Shown here in pieces: positions 26,234 to 35,297 of a DNA stretch of 64,000 nucleotides. Source of the DNA: Phycisphaerales bacterium (lineage in GTDB: Bacteria; Planctomycetota; Phycisphaerae; Phycisphaerales; UBA1924); the NCBI GenBank assembly GCA_040219655.1, contig JAVJSB010000003.1:141472-205471 (forward strand). Reading direction: 5' to 3'. Positions within the stretch are counted from its first letter, which is position 1, and each line of letters opens with the position of its first letter. The notes beneath the pieces were generated by a model. That model made no database searches, was not told where the DNA came from, and saw only the letters and a program-made list of their open reading frames with translations. The position numbers and the translations under genes were made by a program.

Positions 26234-26286
26234 ACCCTCCCCCGCGTGCGGGGGAGGTGCCCGCGAAGCGGGCGGAGGGGGGTCCT
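26234..26286 (+). repeat. Module B repeat (two hairpins incl. GCGAAGC)
   Basis: accctcccccgcgtgcgggggaggtgcccGCGAAGCgggcggagggggg. Confidence 0.8.
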
Positions 26287-26294
26287 CTCAGATT

Positions 26295-26348
26295 CCTCAA
26301 GCCTCAGGTCTCAGATCTCAGGTCTCAGGACTCAGGACTCAGGACTCA
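26295..26348 (-). repeat. 7-nt periodic TGA array (8 units) spanning the stop codon of the phosphohexomutase gene
   Basis: TCA on the + strand at 26297, 26304, 26311, 26318, 26325, 26332, 26339 (the annotated stop) and 26346, with exact 7-nt spacing. Confidence 0.85.
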
Positions 26349-27994
26349 TTCACAATCCCCGCCACCTCATCCAGCAGCGCCCCCGCCGCCGTCTCGTCCG
26401 CCGCCTCCCCGATCAGCCTCAAAATCGGCTCGGTGTTGCTCGCCCGCACATGCACCCAGCTGCCCGCCCGCTCGCCCGCGTCGAAGTCCACCCGCACCCC
26501 GTCCTGGGTATCGACCCGCTCCCCGGCGTACCGATCCGCGATCCGCCGCACCGCCGGCTCGGCGTCCGGCTTGCTCGCCAGCGCCTGCTTGCGCTTCACG
26601 ATCGCATACCCGCCCCCGCGCGCATACCCGTTGATCTTCGAGACGATCTCCGACACCGTCTTCCCCTCGCGCGCCATCAGCCCGAGCGTCAGCGCCATCG
26701 CGCCCAGCGAGTCGCGCACGTACGTCACCTCGGGCCAGATCACCCCGCCGTTGCCCTCGCCGCCGAGCACGCAGTGCTCGCCCGCCGCCTTGAGCGCCTT
26801 CATCCGCTCGACGACGTTCGCCTCGCCGACCGCCGTCCGTTCGACCCGCGCCCCGTACGCCGCCGCCACGTCCTCGATCATGCGGCTCGTGGACAAGTTT
26901 GTCACCAGCACCGGCTGCCGTCCCGCGCGGGCTGAAGCCCGCGGCTCAGATTCCTCCCTCTCCCGCCCGGCGTGAGGGTCTCCTCTTCCCCCCTCTCCCC
27001 TCGGGGGAGAGGGCCGGGGTGAGGGGTCTTCCCCTCCTACCAGTTCTCCGTTCACCTGCATCGCCCCGAGGATCGCCTCCGCCGCGATCGCGAGCGTGTA
27101 CTCCTCCCCGATGTACCGTCCCCGCTCATCCACGATCGCCAGCCGATCACCGTCCGGGTCCTGCGCAAACCCGACGTCGGCCTTCAACCCCGGCACCGCG
27201 TCGCACAGCCCACCGGCGCCCGACAGATTCTCCGCCGTCGGCTCGGGGATGTGCGGGAAGATGCCCGACAACCCACCCGCAATCGCGATCATCTGGACCG
27301 GCGTGTCATCAAAGAAGCAATCGTCAATGTTGACGCCGGACGCGTTGACCGCATCAACGACGACCGTGCGAACCCCGCCGTCGACCATGTCCCAGTAGTT
27401 GGAAACATCGAACACGCGCTCCGCAGCGTTCAGTGTGCGCAAGCAGTGCGTGTCCTCGACATCATCGTCAACGCTCGAACTCTCCACGTGATGCTGGGGA
27501 GCCCACGAACACCGCCCCGCGTGGAACGCGTCGATGATCTCCTGCGCCGTCTCCGCGTCGGGCGCGCACGCATCACTGACACCATCCGCACCACCACGCG
27601 CGTCGCTGTCACCCAATTCCCACGCGCGCCGATTGAGGAGGATCTTTATTCCGTTCCATTCCTGCGGGTTGTGACTCGCCGTAATGATGAGGCACGCATC
27701 TCCTTGCCGTGAGTCCGTTACGACCCCGGCGCTCGGCGTCATCGCGATCCCGAGCCGGCGCACCCGGCATCCCGTCGCCAACAACGCCGAGATCACCGCC
27801 GTGTAAACGGCTTCACCACCCGCCCGACCATCTCGGGCGACCATGACCAACGGCTCCCGCTGGCCCGCAATCTGATCTTCGAGCCAAGCCCCAAACGCCG
27901 CCGCGTACCGCACCGCCACCTCCGGCGTCAGGCTCTCGCCCACGATCCCCCGCAGCCCGCTCACACCCAGAATCAACGGCGCATCACCCATCAC
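26339..27994 (-). CDS. alpha-D-phosphohexomutase family enzyme (GlmM/ManB-like) carrying a repeat-derived in-frame insertion
   Basis: All four family motifs are present: ITASHNP, DPDGDR, GGEGNGG and RASNTEP. A 37-codon segment, EDPSPRPSPPRGEGGRGDPHAGREREESEPRASARAG, is encoded by repeat modules C+A. Confidence 0.85.
   Translation of the reverse strand: MMGDAPLILGVSGLRGIVGESLTPEVAVRYAAAFGAWLEDQIAGQREPLVMVARDGRAGGEAVYTAVISALLATGCRVRRLGIAMTPSAGVVTDSRQGDACLIITASHNPQEWNGIKILLNRRAWELGDSDARGGADGVSDACAPDAETAQEIIDAFHAGRCSWAPQHHVESSSVDDDVEDTHCLRTLNAAERVFDVSNYWDMVDGGVRTVVVDAVNASGVNIDDCFFDDTPVQMIAIAGGLSGIFPHIPEPTAENLSGAGGLCDAVPGLKADVGFAQDPDGDRLAIVDERGRYIGEEYTLAIAAEAILGAMQVNGELVGGEDPSPRPSPPRGEGGRGDPHAGREREESEPRASARAGRQPVLVTNLSTSRMIEDVAAAYGARVERTAVGEANVVERMKALKAAGEHCVLGGEGNGGVIWPEVTYVRDSLGAMALTLGLMAREGKTVSEIVSKINGYARGGGYAIVKRKQALASKPDAEPAVRRIADRYAGERVDTQDGVRVDFDAGERAGSWVHVRASNTEPILRLIGEAADETAAGALLDEVAGIVNES
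26924..27034 (+). repeat. Composite repeat (module C fragment + degenerate A + module A) inside a CDS
   Basis: cgcgcgggctgaagcccgcggctcagattcctccctctcccgcccggcgtgagggtctcctcttcccccctctcccctcgggggagagggccggggtgaggggtcttcc. Length is 111 nt = 37 codons with no stop in the gene frame. Confidence 0.85.
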
Positions 27995-28002
27995 GGCCCT
28001 TT

Positions 28003-28173
28003 CATCCGAGCCGCGGGCGTGAGCACGCGGTCAGATTCACTCCCGTTCGAATCTCCGCGTGCTCACGCACGCGGCTCGGATTCCTCCCCCTCCCCGCCTG
28101 GGAGAGGGCCGGGGTGAGGGGTCTCCACCGCCTCCCCCAACCGACCGCGCGGGCCGAAGCCCGCGGCTCGGAC
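28003..28173 (+). repeat. Composite repeat: full module C palindrome + module A + module C fragment
   Basis: catccgagccgcgggcgtgagcacgcggtcagattc...gaatctccgcgtgctcacgcacgcggctcggattcc (a ~80-nt inverted repeat), then tccccctccccgcctgggagagggccggggtgagggg, then gcgcgggccgaagcccgcggctcgg. Confidence 0.85.
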
Positions 28174-28201
28174 ATGTTCTCCCCAGCGTACGCTACCCCC
28201 C

Positions 28202-28495
28202 ATGCAATGGATCATCGACGCCTTCGTCTACGACATCACCACCTACTACGGGCTCGACTGGGCCGCCGGGCTCTTCATGATCCTCTCCTTGTGGCGCCTC
28301 AAGCACCACCACCGCGACGGGTTCGTCCACGCCGCCCTGGCAGCCCTGTGCTGGATCGGGTTCAACATCATCGCCAAGTCGCCCCCGGGGTTCGTCCTCA
28401 ACGCCGTCGTCGGCGGCATGGCTGTCCACTCCTGGCTCAACTTCAAACCCGCCCCACGATCGCCCCTCGAAGCAACCCCCCCCGACGCCACCTAG
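28202..28495 (+). CDS. Hypothetical small membrane protein (3 predicted helices)
   Basis: 97-aa hydrophobic ORF immediately upstream of queD. Confidence 0.5.
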   Translation: MQWIIDAFVYDITTYYGLDWAAGLFMILSLWRLKHHHRDGFVHAALAALCWIGFNIIAKSPPGFVLNAVVGGMAVHSWLNFKPAPRSPLEATPPDAT

Positions 28496-28505
28496 CATCC
28501 TCGCC

Positions 28506-28889
28506 ATGTTTGAGATCACCGTCACCGCCGATTTCTGCGCCGCCCACGCCCTCACCGTCGCGGGGATCAAGGAGCCCGTCCACGGCCACAACTGGCACGT
28601 GACGGTCACCCTCGTCGGCACCGAGCTCGACGACGACGGCCTCCTCTGCGACTTTCACACCGTGGAGTCGTCCGTCAACGCGATCACCGACGATTTCAAC
28701 AACACCGACCTGAACAACCACCCCGCCTTCCGCGAGAACAACCCCAGCGCCGAGCGCGTCGCGGAGTACATCGCGTCCGAGCTGCACCAGCGCGTCGCCC
28801 CGACGCTCGCGCCGCACGCCCGGGTCGCGGCGGTCAGCGTGACCGAGGCCCCCGGCTGCGTCGCGACCTACCGCCCCAGCGGGCACTGA
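28506..28889 (+). CDS. queD: 6-carboxy-5,6,7,8-tetrahydropterin synthase
   Basis: FCAAHAL (catalytic Cys) and HGHNWHV (Zn His) motifs; 127 aa. Confidence 0.85.
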   Translation: MFEITVTADFCAAHALTVAGIKEPVHGHNWHVTVTLVGTELDDDGLLCDFHTVESSVNAITDDFNNTDLNNHPAFRENNPSAERVAEYIASELHQRVAPTLAPHARVAAVSVTEAPGCVATYRPSGH

Positions 28890-28923
28890 CGCCGCCCCAA
28901 CCGACGCCGCGTACCCTCCGCCC

Positions 28924-31089
28924 ATGCCCCGCACGCCCGACATGATCGAGTCGGACATCTACTTCAACCGCGACTTGTCGTGGCTGGAGTTCAACCGCCG
29001 CGTCCTCGACCTGGCGCGCGACCCCGAGCACCCGCTGCTCGAGCGCGTCAAGTTCCTCGCGATCTTCGCGTCGAACATGGACGAGTTCTTCATGAAGCGC
29101 GTCGGCCTCCTCCGCCGACGCCTGCAACTGAACCAGACCTCGTCCCGCCCGGGCACCATGCCCCCCGCCCAGGTGCTCGACGCCGTCCGCAAGACCGTCG
29201 CGAAGATGCAGAAGGTGCAGGCGAAGTGCTGGTCCGAGGACCTCGTGCCCGCGCTCGCGAACGCCGGCATCCACATCCTCTCCTACACCGACCTGGCCGA
29301 GGCGGACCGCGCGACGATCGACGCGTGGTACACCGCCAATGTCTTCCCCGTGCTCACCCCCCTCGCCGTGGACCCCGGGCACCGCTTCCCCTTCATCTCC
29401 AACCTCTCCGAGAACCTCGGCGTCCTGCTCGAACCGATCGAGCCATCAAGCGCAACCCCGCGCCCCGCCGAGTCGCTCTTCGCGCGGGTGAAGTGTCCGG
29501 ACGTCCTGCCGCAGATGGTCCGCCTGGACACCCTCGACAGCGCCCCGGGCGCTCCCGCCTCGCCCAAGGGCGCCAACGCCAAGGACATCCGCCTCGTCCC
29601 CCTCGACGAGATCATCTACCACAACCTCGACGACCTCTTCCCGGGTCTGCGCATCACCGACGTCCTCCCCTTCCGCATCACCCGCAGCGCCGCGGTGGAA
29701 GTCGACGACGACGAAGCGGACGACCTGCTCGAGCAGGTCGAGGAAGAGCTCCGCATGCGCCGCTTCGCCAGCGCCCTGCGGATCCAGGTGAACCCGAACC
29801 CCAACCGCCGCATCCTGCAGTTCGTGATGGACGAGCTGGGCCTGACCGACAACGACGTCTACGAGCGCTCGGGCCCGCTGGCGTACGCGGACCTCTTCGA
29901 GATCGCCGCCCTCGACCGCCCGGACCTCAAGGACCGCCCGTGGAAGCCCGTCGTCCCCGCGGCCCTGCGCGGCGACGAGACGCCCGTCTTCAACCGCATC
30001 GCCAAGGGCGACATCCTCGTCCACCACCCCTACGACTCGTTCGAGCACTCCGTCGAGCGTTTCGTCGCCGAGGCCGCCCGCGACCCCGACGTCCTCGCGA
30101 TCAAGCAGACGCTGTACCGCACCAGCGCCGATTCGCCGTTCGTCGATTCGCTCGTCCGCGCGGCCGCCGAGGGCAAGCAGGTCGCGTGCCTCGTCGAGCT
30201 CCGCGCCCGGTTCGACGAGGACCGCAACGTTCAGTTCGCCCGGCAACTCGAGTCCGCGGGCGTCCACGTCGCCTACGGCGTCGTCGGGCTCAAGACCCAC
30301 TGCAAGATCTCGCTCGTCGTCCGCCGAGAGCGGCACGAAGGCCGCGCCACCATCCGCACCTACGCCCACATCGGCACCGGCAACTACCACCCCACCACCG
30401 CCCAGCTCTACACCGACGTCGGGCTCCTCACCGCCGATCCCGAAGTCACGTCCGACGTCGTCATGCTCTTCAACGCGCTGACCGGGCACACCGCGACGAG
30501 CGCGTATAAGCGCCTGCTCGTCGCGCCCAACACCATGCGCCGAAAGTTCGAAGAGCTCATCGACAACGAGATCGCGAACGCCAAGAACGGCCGCCCCGCG
30601 CGCATCATCGCGAAGATGAACTCACTCGAGGACCGCAAGATCACCGATCGCCTCTACGTCGCCTCCCAGGCGGGCGTCCCCATCACGCTCTACATCCGCG
30701 GGTTCTGCTGCCTCCGCCCCGGCGTGCCCGGGCTCTCGGACAACATCCGCGTCGTCTCCATCGTCGGACGCTTCCTCGAACACTCACGCGTCTTCCACTT
30801 CGCCGACGGCTCGGACGACCCGCTCGAGGGCACTTGGATCATCGGGTCCGCCGACTGGATGTACCGCAACCTGAACACCCGCGTCGAATCCGCCGTCCCC
30901 GTCACCAGCCGCGCCGCCCGCGCCCGCCTCCAGCGGCTCGTCGATGTGATGACCACCGACACCCGCAACGCATGGGACCTCACGCCAACCGGTGCCTACG
31001 TGCGCCGCAGCCACGCCGACCCCGCCAACCCGGACCCGGGCACCTTCGCCGCCCTCATGGCCGACGCGACCCGCCCGCCTCCCAGCTGA
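28924..31089 (+). CDS. ppk1: Polyphosphate kinase 1
   Basis: YFNRDLSWLEFNRRVLDLA...ERVKFLAIFASNMDEFFMKRV N-terminus, 721 aa, PPK1 domain order. Confidence 0.9.
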   Translation: MPRTPDMIESDIYFNRDLSWLEFNRRVLDLARDPEHPLLERVKFLAIFASNMDEFFMKRVGLLRRRLQLNQTSSRPGTMPPAQVLDAVRKTVAKMQKVQAKCWSEDLVPALANAGIHILSYTDLAEADRATIDAWYTANVFPVLTPLAVDPGHRFPFISNLSENLGVLLEPIEPSSATPRPAESLFARVKCPDVLPQMVRLDTLDSAPGAPASPKGANAKDIRLVPLDEIIYHNLDDLFPGLRITDVLPFRITRSAAVEVDDDEADDLLEQVEEELRMRRFASALRIQVNPNPNRRILQFVMDELGLTDNDVYERSGPLAYADLFEIAALDRPDLKDRPWKPVVPAALRGDETPVFNRIAKGDILVHHPYDSFEHSVERFVAEAARDPDVLAIKQTLYRTSADSPFVDSLVRAAAEGKQVACLVELRARFDEDRNVQFARQLESAGVHVAYGVVGLKTHCKISLVVRRERHEGRATIRTYAHIGTGNYHPTTAQLYTDVGLLTADPEVTSDVVMLFNALTGHTATSAYKRLLVAPNTMRRKFEELIDNEIANAKNGRPARIIAKMNSLEDRKITDRLYVASQAGVPITLYIRGFCCLRPGVPGLSDNIRVVSIVGRFLEHSRVFHFADGSDDPLEGTWIIGSADWMYRNLNTRVESAVPVTSRAARARLQRLVDVMTTDTRNAWDLTPTGAYVRRSHADPANPDPGTFAALMADATRPPPS

Positions 31090-31116
31090 TCCCCGCCTCC
31101 CACCCTCGAGCGACGC

Positions 31117-31158
31117 AAAAAAGACAAGCGCTCCCCGCGAAAGCGAAGAGCGCTTGTC
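31117..31158 (-). terminator. Intrinsic terminator (perfect 11-bp stem + T6 on the - strand)
   Basis: - strand reads gacaagcgctc-(14 nt)-gagcgcttgtc tttttt. It lies between the convergent ppk1 and sigma/anti-sigma operons. Confidence 0.6.
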
Positions 31159-31277
31159 CATCTCTGCCGTCGGGCAAGCGCCCGGGGCAACCTACTCCAC
31201 CACATCAAATGGACCACAGATCGCCCGAACCGCCACCCGTTCTCAGAAAAACCCGATTTCGGTTGCAAATCACTGGT

Positions 31278-31703
31278 TCACAGCGACTTCCCCAGCTCCG
31301 CCATCGTCCGAACGGGCTTCTCCACCGTCGCTCGGAAGAGGTTCAACTCCGACCAGATCTGCTTCGCTTCCTGCGTTAGGGGGTCCGGCCGCAGGGCGAC
31401 CGCCCGGATTCGGCTCAGCGGACCTGCCCGCTCAGCACCCGCCGCGACCCTCTCCACGGGCGGCGCCTCGGGCTCGATCGCCGGCGTCGAACCGATCCCG
31501 ACCCAGACCGCCGCCCCCGCCATCAGCACCGCCAGGGCCCCGATCGCCGTGGGCGTCCGATGCGAACCGCCTGGCACACGCGCACGCCCGGGGTCCGAGT
31601 CGCCCAGGGCGGCATCAACCCGATCACGCAGATCGGCGGGCGCCCGCGCCCGCCCGGGGCTCTCCCCGCGCAGCACCGATCCGATTTCGTTACGCCGCTC
31701 CAT
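31278..31703 (-). CDS. Putative anti-sigma factor (single TM)
   Basis: It overlaps the sigma gene stop by 14 nt, has one TM helix AIGALAVLMAGAAVWVGI, and sits directly after an ECF sigma gene. Confidence 0.55.
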   Translation of the reverse strand: MERRNEIGSVLRGESPGRARAPADLRDRVDAALGDSDPGRARVPGGSHRTPTAIGALAVLMAGAAVWVGIGSTPAIEPEAPPVERVAAGAERAGPLSRIRAVALRPDPLTQEAKQIWSELNLFRATVEKPVRTMAELGKSL

Positions 31704-32334
31704 ACGCGCCGCCTCCTTCCGGCTGACCCGTGCGCGCGCCCGCGCACGCCTCAGCGATCCGCTTCCGCGCCCGGTGCAGGCGCACCCGCACCGCGACGCC
31801 GCTCACCCCTACAACCCGCGCGATCTGCGCGGGCGTTCTGTCTTCCGCGTAGCACAACCACACGAGCTCGAACGCGTCGTCGTCGAGCACCCGCCGCGCC
31901 AACGCCCAGACCTCGCCCAGCTCCACCGCGCCGTCGCGGCCCACCGCGTCGTCCGCCGCGTTCTGCCGCTCGCGCTCGCGCGTCGCGTCGCGCTCGACGC
32001 GCTTGCGCCGGCGGACGACCTCGATCACCTCTCGCCGCGCGATCGTCAGCACCCACGTCGCGAAGCTCCGCGACGGATCGAAGCGCCCGATGCTCCGCCA
32101 CGCCCGACACAGCGTCTCCTGCGTCACGTCCGCCGCGTCCGAGCCGCACCGCAAGCGCACGAGCGCGAACCGGTAGACCCGGTCCTGGTACCGGTCGATG
32201 AGCCGCCCGAAGGCGTCCCGGTCCCCCGCCGCCGCGCGGACCGCCAGGCGTTCGTCCGCGCCGATGTCCTCATCGTGCGCGCGCGACACACCCGGCGCGA
32301 TCGCCGGGCGTGCCGCGAGGTCGTGGTCTGTCAC
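31690..32334 (-). CDS. ECF (sigma-70 group IV) RNA polymerase sigma factor
   Basis: Region 2 is FGRLIDRYQDRVYRFALVRL...DAADVTQETLCRAWRSIGRFD. Region 4 is TPAQIARVVGVSGVAVRVRLHRARKRI. The start is uncertain; GTG at 32334 is proposed because the track ORF runs on through the upstream gene. Confidence 0.8.
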   Translation of the reverse strand: MTDHDLAARPAIAPGVSRAHDEDIGADERLAVRAAAGDRDAFGRLIDRYQDRVYRFALVRLRCGSDAADVTQETLCRAWRSIGRFDPSRSFATWVLTIARREVIEVVRRRKRVERDATRERERQNAADDAVGRDGAVELGEVWALARRVLDDDAFELVWLCYAEDRTPAQIARVVGVSGVAVRVRLHRARKRIAEACAGARTGQPEGGGAYGAA

Positions 32335-32345
32335 GGGGATCGTGC

Positions 32346-33380
32346 TCAGCCGTCGTCCCCCCAGAAATCGTCGTCGTCGTTGTGGTCGTCGTCCCAGTCG
32401 TCCGCGTCGTGTTCGTCCCAGTCCCCGTCGTCGCCGTTCATCTCGACGATCAGACCCTTCAGCTCCGCCGCGCTGTGGCTCATGCTGACCAGCAGCGAGC
32501 CGTCCTCCGCCCGAACGCGGATCCCGCGGGCGAACTCCATGACGCGCGCCAGCTCCTGGTCCTCCGCGCTCATGAGGGCCCCGAGCGCCAGCAGCCCGTC
32601 GGCCATCCGCGCGATCTGATCCGCCTGCTTCGGGTCGTGCGTATCGAGGCGTGCCTCGGCGAAGACCTCGCCGCCCGCCTCGCCCACGCGCGCCATCACA
32701 CGCTCCGCCTGCTCGGCGATGTGCGACACATCGTCGAAGTCGGCCAGCTCCGACGGGTTCTCCACCGCCGCGAACGCGATCGTGCCAGACTTCCAACCCA
32801 GCGACGCGAGGTCCTCGTTCGTCTTCCCGCCGCCCGAGATGAACGACGCGCCCCTGCCCGAGCGGTTCGCGCTGCGGGTGACGATCCAGACGTGGTCGCC
32901 GCCCGAGCGGGCCATCGACGCGAAGATCGGGTTGTCCTCGTCCGCGGGCACGATGAGCACGCGGTTCCCGTCCGCCTCGATCTTCGGCGCGTCGTACCCG
33001 TGCTCGAGCATCTTCGCCCGGATCTCGTCGCCCCACGACGCGATCCGTTCATCGCCGTACACAAGCGCGACGAAGTCCTCGCTCTCCTCGTCGAGCTCGC
33101 GCCCGAAGATCGTGATCCCGCGCAGCCCCCCCTCGGGCGACAGCGTGAACCCGCGGATCCCCTTGCGGATGTCGGCGTACCCGTCGCTCTCGCGTTCGAT
33201 CATGTCGAGCATGAAACGCCCGATCTCCGTGCCGCCCGCGGCTTCCAGGTCCACGTGCGCCACCCACTTGGCCGACCCCGGCACATGGTTCGCATTCACC
33301 GGGCCCGCCAAAGCCGTCCCGCACGAGAGCACCAGCCCGCCCAGCGCCGTGGCGCCCGTCGTCTTCATCGCATGCCGCAT
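32346..33380 (-). CDS. Hypothetical secreted protein with extreme acidic W/F-containing C-terminal tail
   Basis: Signal peptide ...ALGGLVLSCGTALAGP. C-terminus is NGDDGDWDEHDADDWDDDHNDDDDFWGDDG. It ends 11 nt before the ECF sigma gene. Confidence 0.65.
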   Translation of the reverse strand: MRHAMKTTGATALGGLVLSCGTALAGPVNANHVPGSAKWVAHVDLEAAGGTEIGRFMLDMIERESDGYADIRKGIRGFTLSPEGGLRGITIFGRELDEESEDFVALVYGDERIASWGDEIRAKMLEHGYDAPKIEADGNRVLIVPADEDNPIFASMARSGGDHVWIVTRSANRSGRGASFISGGGKTNEDLASLGWKSGTIAFAAVENPSELADFDDVSHIAEQAERVMARVGEAGGEVFAEARLDTHDPKQADQIARMADGLLALGALMSAEDQELARVMEFARGIRVRAEDGSLLVSMSHSAAELKGLIVEMNGDDGDWDEHDADDWDDDHNDDDDFWGDDG

Positions 33381-33565
33381 CGTCTGACTCCTTGGGATTC
33401 GGGCCCTGCGCGATCCGCCCGTCAGGAACGACTACGGCCGCGGCCGGTCACCGTTACACCGCCCGCCGACCCAGCCTGAGTTTCGTCCGACCAGCCCGGG
33501 CCCCCGCCCGACTCCGACGCCCCGCCAGCGCCCGCCATCCGGGCCAACCCGATCCACGCCCAGCC

Positions 33566-33571
33566 TAGAAT
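33566..33571 (+). promoter_or_regulatory. Candidate -10 box TAGAAT upstream of fbaB
   Basis: cagccTAGAATcgacc, ~52 nt upstream of the ATG; the -35 is weak. Confidence 0.2.
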
Positions 33572-33623
33572 CGACCCGGTACGCAACTCCTTTCTCGGAC
33601 CCCAAACCGCCGGAACCCACCCG

Positions 33624-34718
33624 ATGCCGAACCTCACCATCGACGTCGCCGCCACCCTCAACAACGACGACCTCCTCACCCACGAGTGCAAGACCGTCTC
33701 CAAGAACGCCCTCTACCTCCCGGGCGGCGACTTCGTCTCCCGTGTCATGAGCCAGTCCGACCGCAAGCCCGCGGTCCTGCGCAACATGAACCTGCTGCTC
33801 AACTCGGGTCGCCTCGCCGGAACCGGCTACACCAGCATCCTCCCCGTCGATCAGGGCATCGAGCACTCCGCCGGCGCCTCCTTCGCCCCCAACCCCGACT
33901 ACTTCGACCCCAAGAACATTGTCGAGCTCGCCATCGACGGCGGGTGCAACGCCGTCTGCTCCACCTTCGGTGTCCTCGGATCCGTCGCCCGCCAGTACGC
34001 CCACCGCATCCCCTTCCTGGTCAAGTTCAACCACAACGAACTGATGACCTACCCCAACACCTTCAACCAGATCCCCTTCGGCAACATCCGCCAGTGCTTC
34101 GAGATGGGCGCCGTCGCTGTCGGCGCGACGATCTACTTCGGCTCCGAAGAGTCGGGCGAGCAGATCCAGTACGTCGCCGACATGTTCGCCGAAGCCCACG
34201 AGTACGGCATGGTCACCGTCCTCTGGTGCTACATCCGCAACAACGCCTTCAAGGTCAACGGCGTGGACTACCACAGCGCCGCCGACCTCACCGGCCAGGC
34301 CAACCACCTCGGGGCAACGATTCAAGCCGACATCGTCAAGCAGAAGCTCCCGACCAACAACGGCGGGTTCGCCGCCCTCAACTCGGGCGACTCCTCTTAC
34401 GGTAAGTTCCGCAAGGAGGTCTACACCGAGCTCGCCGGGTGCGACGAGAACGGCAAGGGCGGGCACCCCATCGACCTCTGCCGCTACCAGCTCGTCAACC
34501 AGTACATGGGCCGCGTCCCGCTGATCAACTCGGGTGGCGAGTCCAAGGGCGCCTCCGACCTCGCCGACGCCGTCACCACCGCTGTCATCAACAAGCGCGC
34601 CGGCGGCATGGGCCTCATCTCGGGCCGCAAGGCGTTCCAGCGTCCCCGCGCCGAAGGCGTGGCCCTCCTCAACGCCATCCAGGACGTCTACCTCGACGAC
34701 AACGTCACGATCGCCTGA
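33624..34718 (+). CDS. fbaB: Class I fructose-bisphosphate aldolase (FbaB/DhnA type)
   Basis: Long near-collinear match to E. coli FbaB as I recall it: [13 protein letters not shown]...[56 protein letters not shown]. Confidence 0.9.
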   Translation: MPNLTIDVAATLNNDDLLTHECKTVSKNALYLPGGDFVSRVMSQSDRKPAVLRNMNLLLNSGRLAGTGYTSILPVDQGIEHSAGASFAPNPDYFDPKNIVELAIDGGCNAVCSTFGVLGSVARQYAHRIPFLVKFNHNELMTYPNTFNQIPFGNIRQCFEMGAVAVGATIYFGSEESGEQIQYVADMFAEAHEYGMVTVLWCYIRNNAFKVNGVDYHSAADLTGQANHLGATIQADIVKQKLPTNNGGFAALNSGDSSYGKFRKEVYTELAGCDENGKGGHPIDLCRYQLVNQYMGRVPLINSGGESKGASDLADAVTTAVINKRAGGMGLISGRKAFQRPRAEGVALLNAIQDVYLDDNVTIA

Positions 34719-35290
34719 TGCCAAACGAGATCCCCACCGTCGGCTCACCCGCTCCGAACTCGAGCGGCGAACCCCACCGGTCAGGATCGGGGCCCGTCGT
34801 GCCCATGATCATCGGCGCCGTCATCTTCGCCACCGGGTGCGGAGGCGGGCTCGTCGCCGGCTGGTTCGCCGGCGTCGCCAATCAGATCACCGGATCCATC
34901 AGCGGCGCGTTCGGGCCCTTCGACGCCGACCTGCAAGTCGACGCTCCGAACACCGCGACGGTCCGCGAGCCGTTCGAGATCGAAGTCACGATCACGGATA
35001 CGTCCGGCTCGTCGCGCACCATTTCAACCATCGACTTCAACGGCGACATCGCCGACGCGGTCTCCATCACCGCCGTCAGCCCCGCGCAGTCGGGCCTGAG
35101 CTCAAGCCCGGGATGGGCCGAGTACAACTTCTACGAGCCGCTCGACGCCTACGCCACGCAGACCTTCGTCTTCACGGTCTCCGCAAACCAACCGGGCACG
35201 TTCACGGGCTCCATCGACGTCTACATGGAAGACTTCCAGTCCGATTCCCGCCCGATCACGATCTCGGTCTCCGCCGAGTCTGAAGACTGA
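34718..35290 (+). CDS. Hypothetical membrane-anchored protein
   Basis: ATG overlaps the fbaB stop (TGATG). One TM, VVPMIIGAVIFATGCGGGLVAGWFAGV, followed by a beta-rich domain. Confidence 0.55.
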   Translation: MPNEIPTVGSPAPNSSGEPHRSGSGPVVPMIIGAVIFATGCGGGLVAGWFAGVANQITGSISGAFGPFDADLQVDAPNTATVREPFEIEVTITDTSGSSRTISTIDFNGDIADAVSITAVSPAQSGLSSSPGWAEYNFYEPLDAYATQTFVFTVSANQPGTFTGSIDVYMEDFQSDSRPITISVSAESED

Positions 35291-35297
35291 CGCCGGC

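Noticed and set aside
22306-26975. 840-aa and 1050-aa + strand ORFs across the capsid cluster
   Set aside because: These are extremely P/R/H-rich translations antisense to the portal, scaffold and capsid genes. No SD or domain signal is present.
21541-28173. CRISPR array suspected from the recurring ggggagagggccggggtgagggg repeats
   Set aside because: Spacing is irregular, from hundreds to thousands of bp. The copies sit in separate intergenic regions between genes and combine with other modules, and no cas genes are present.
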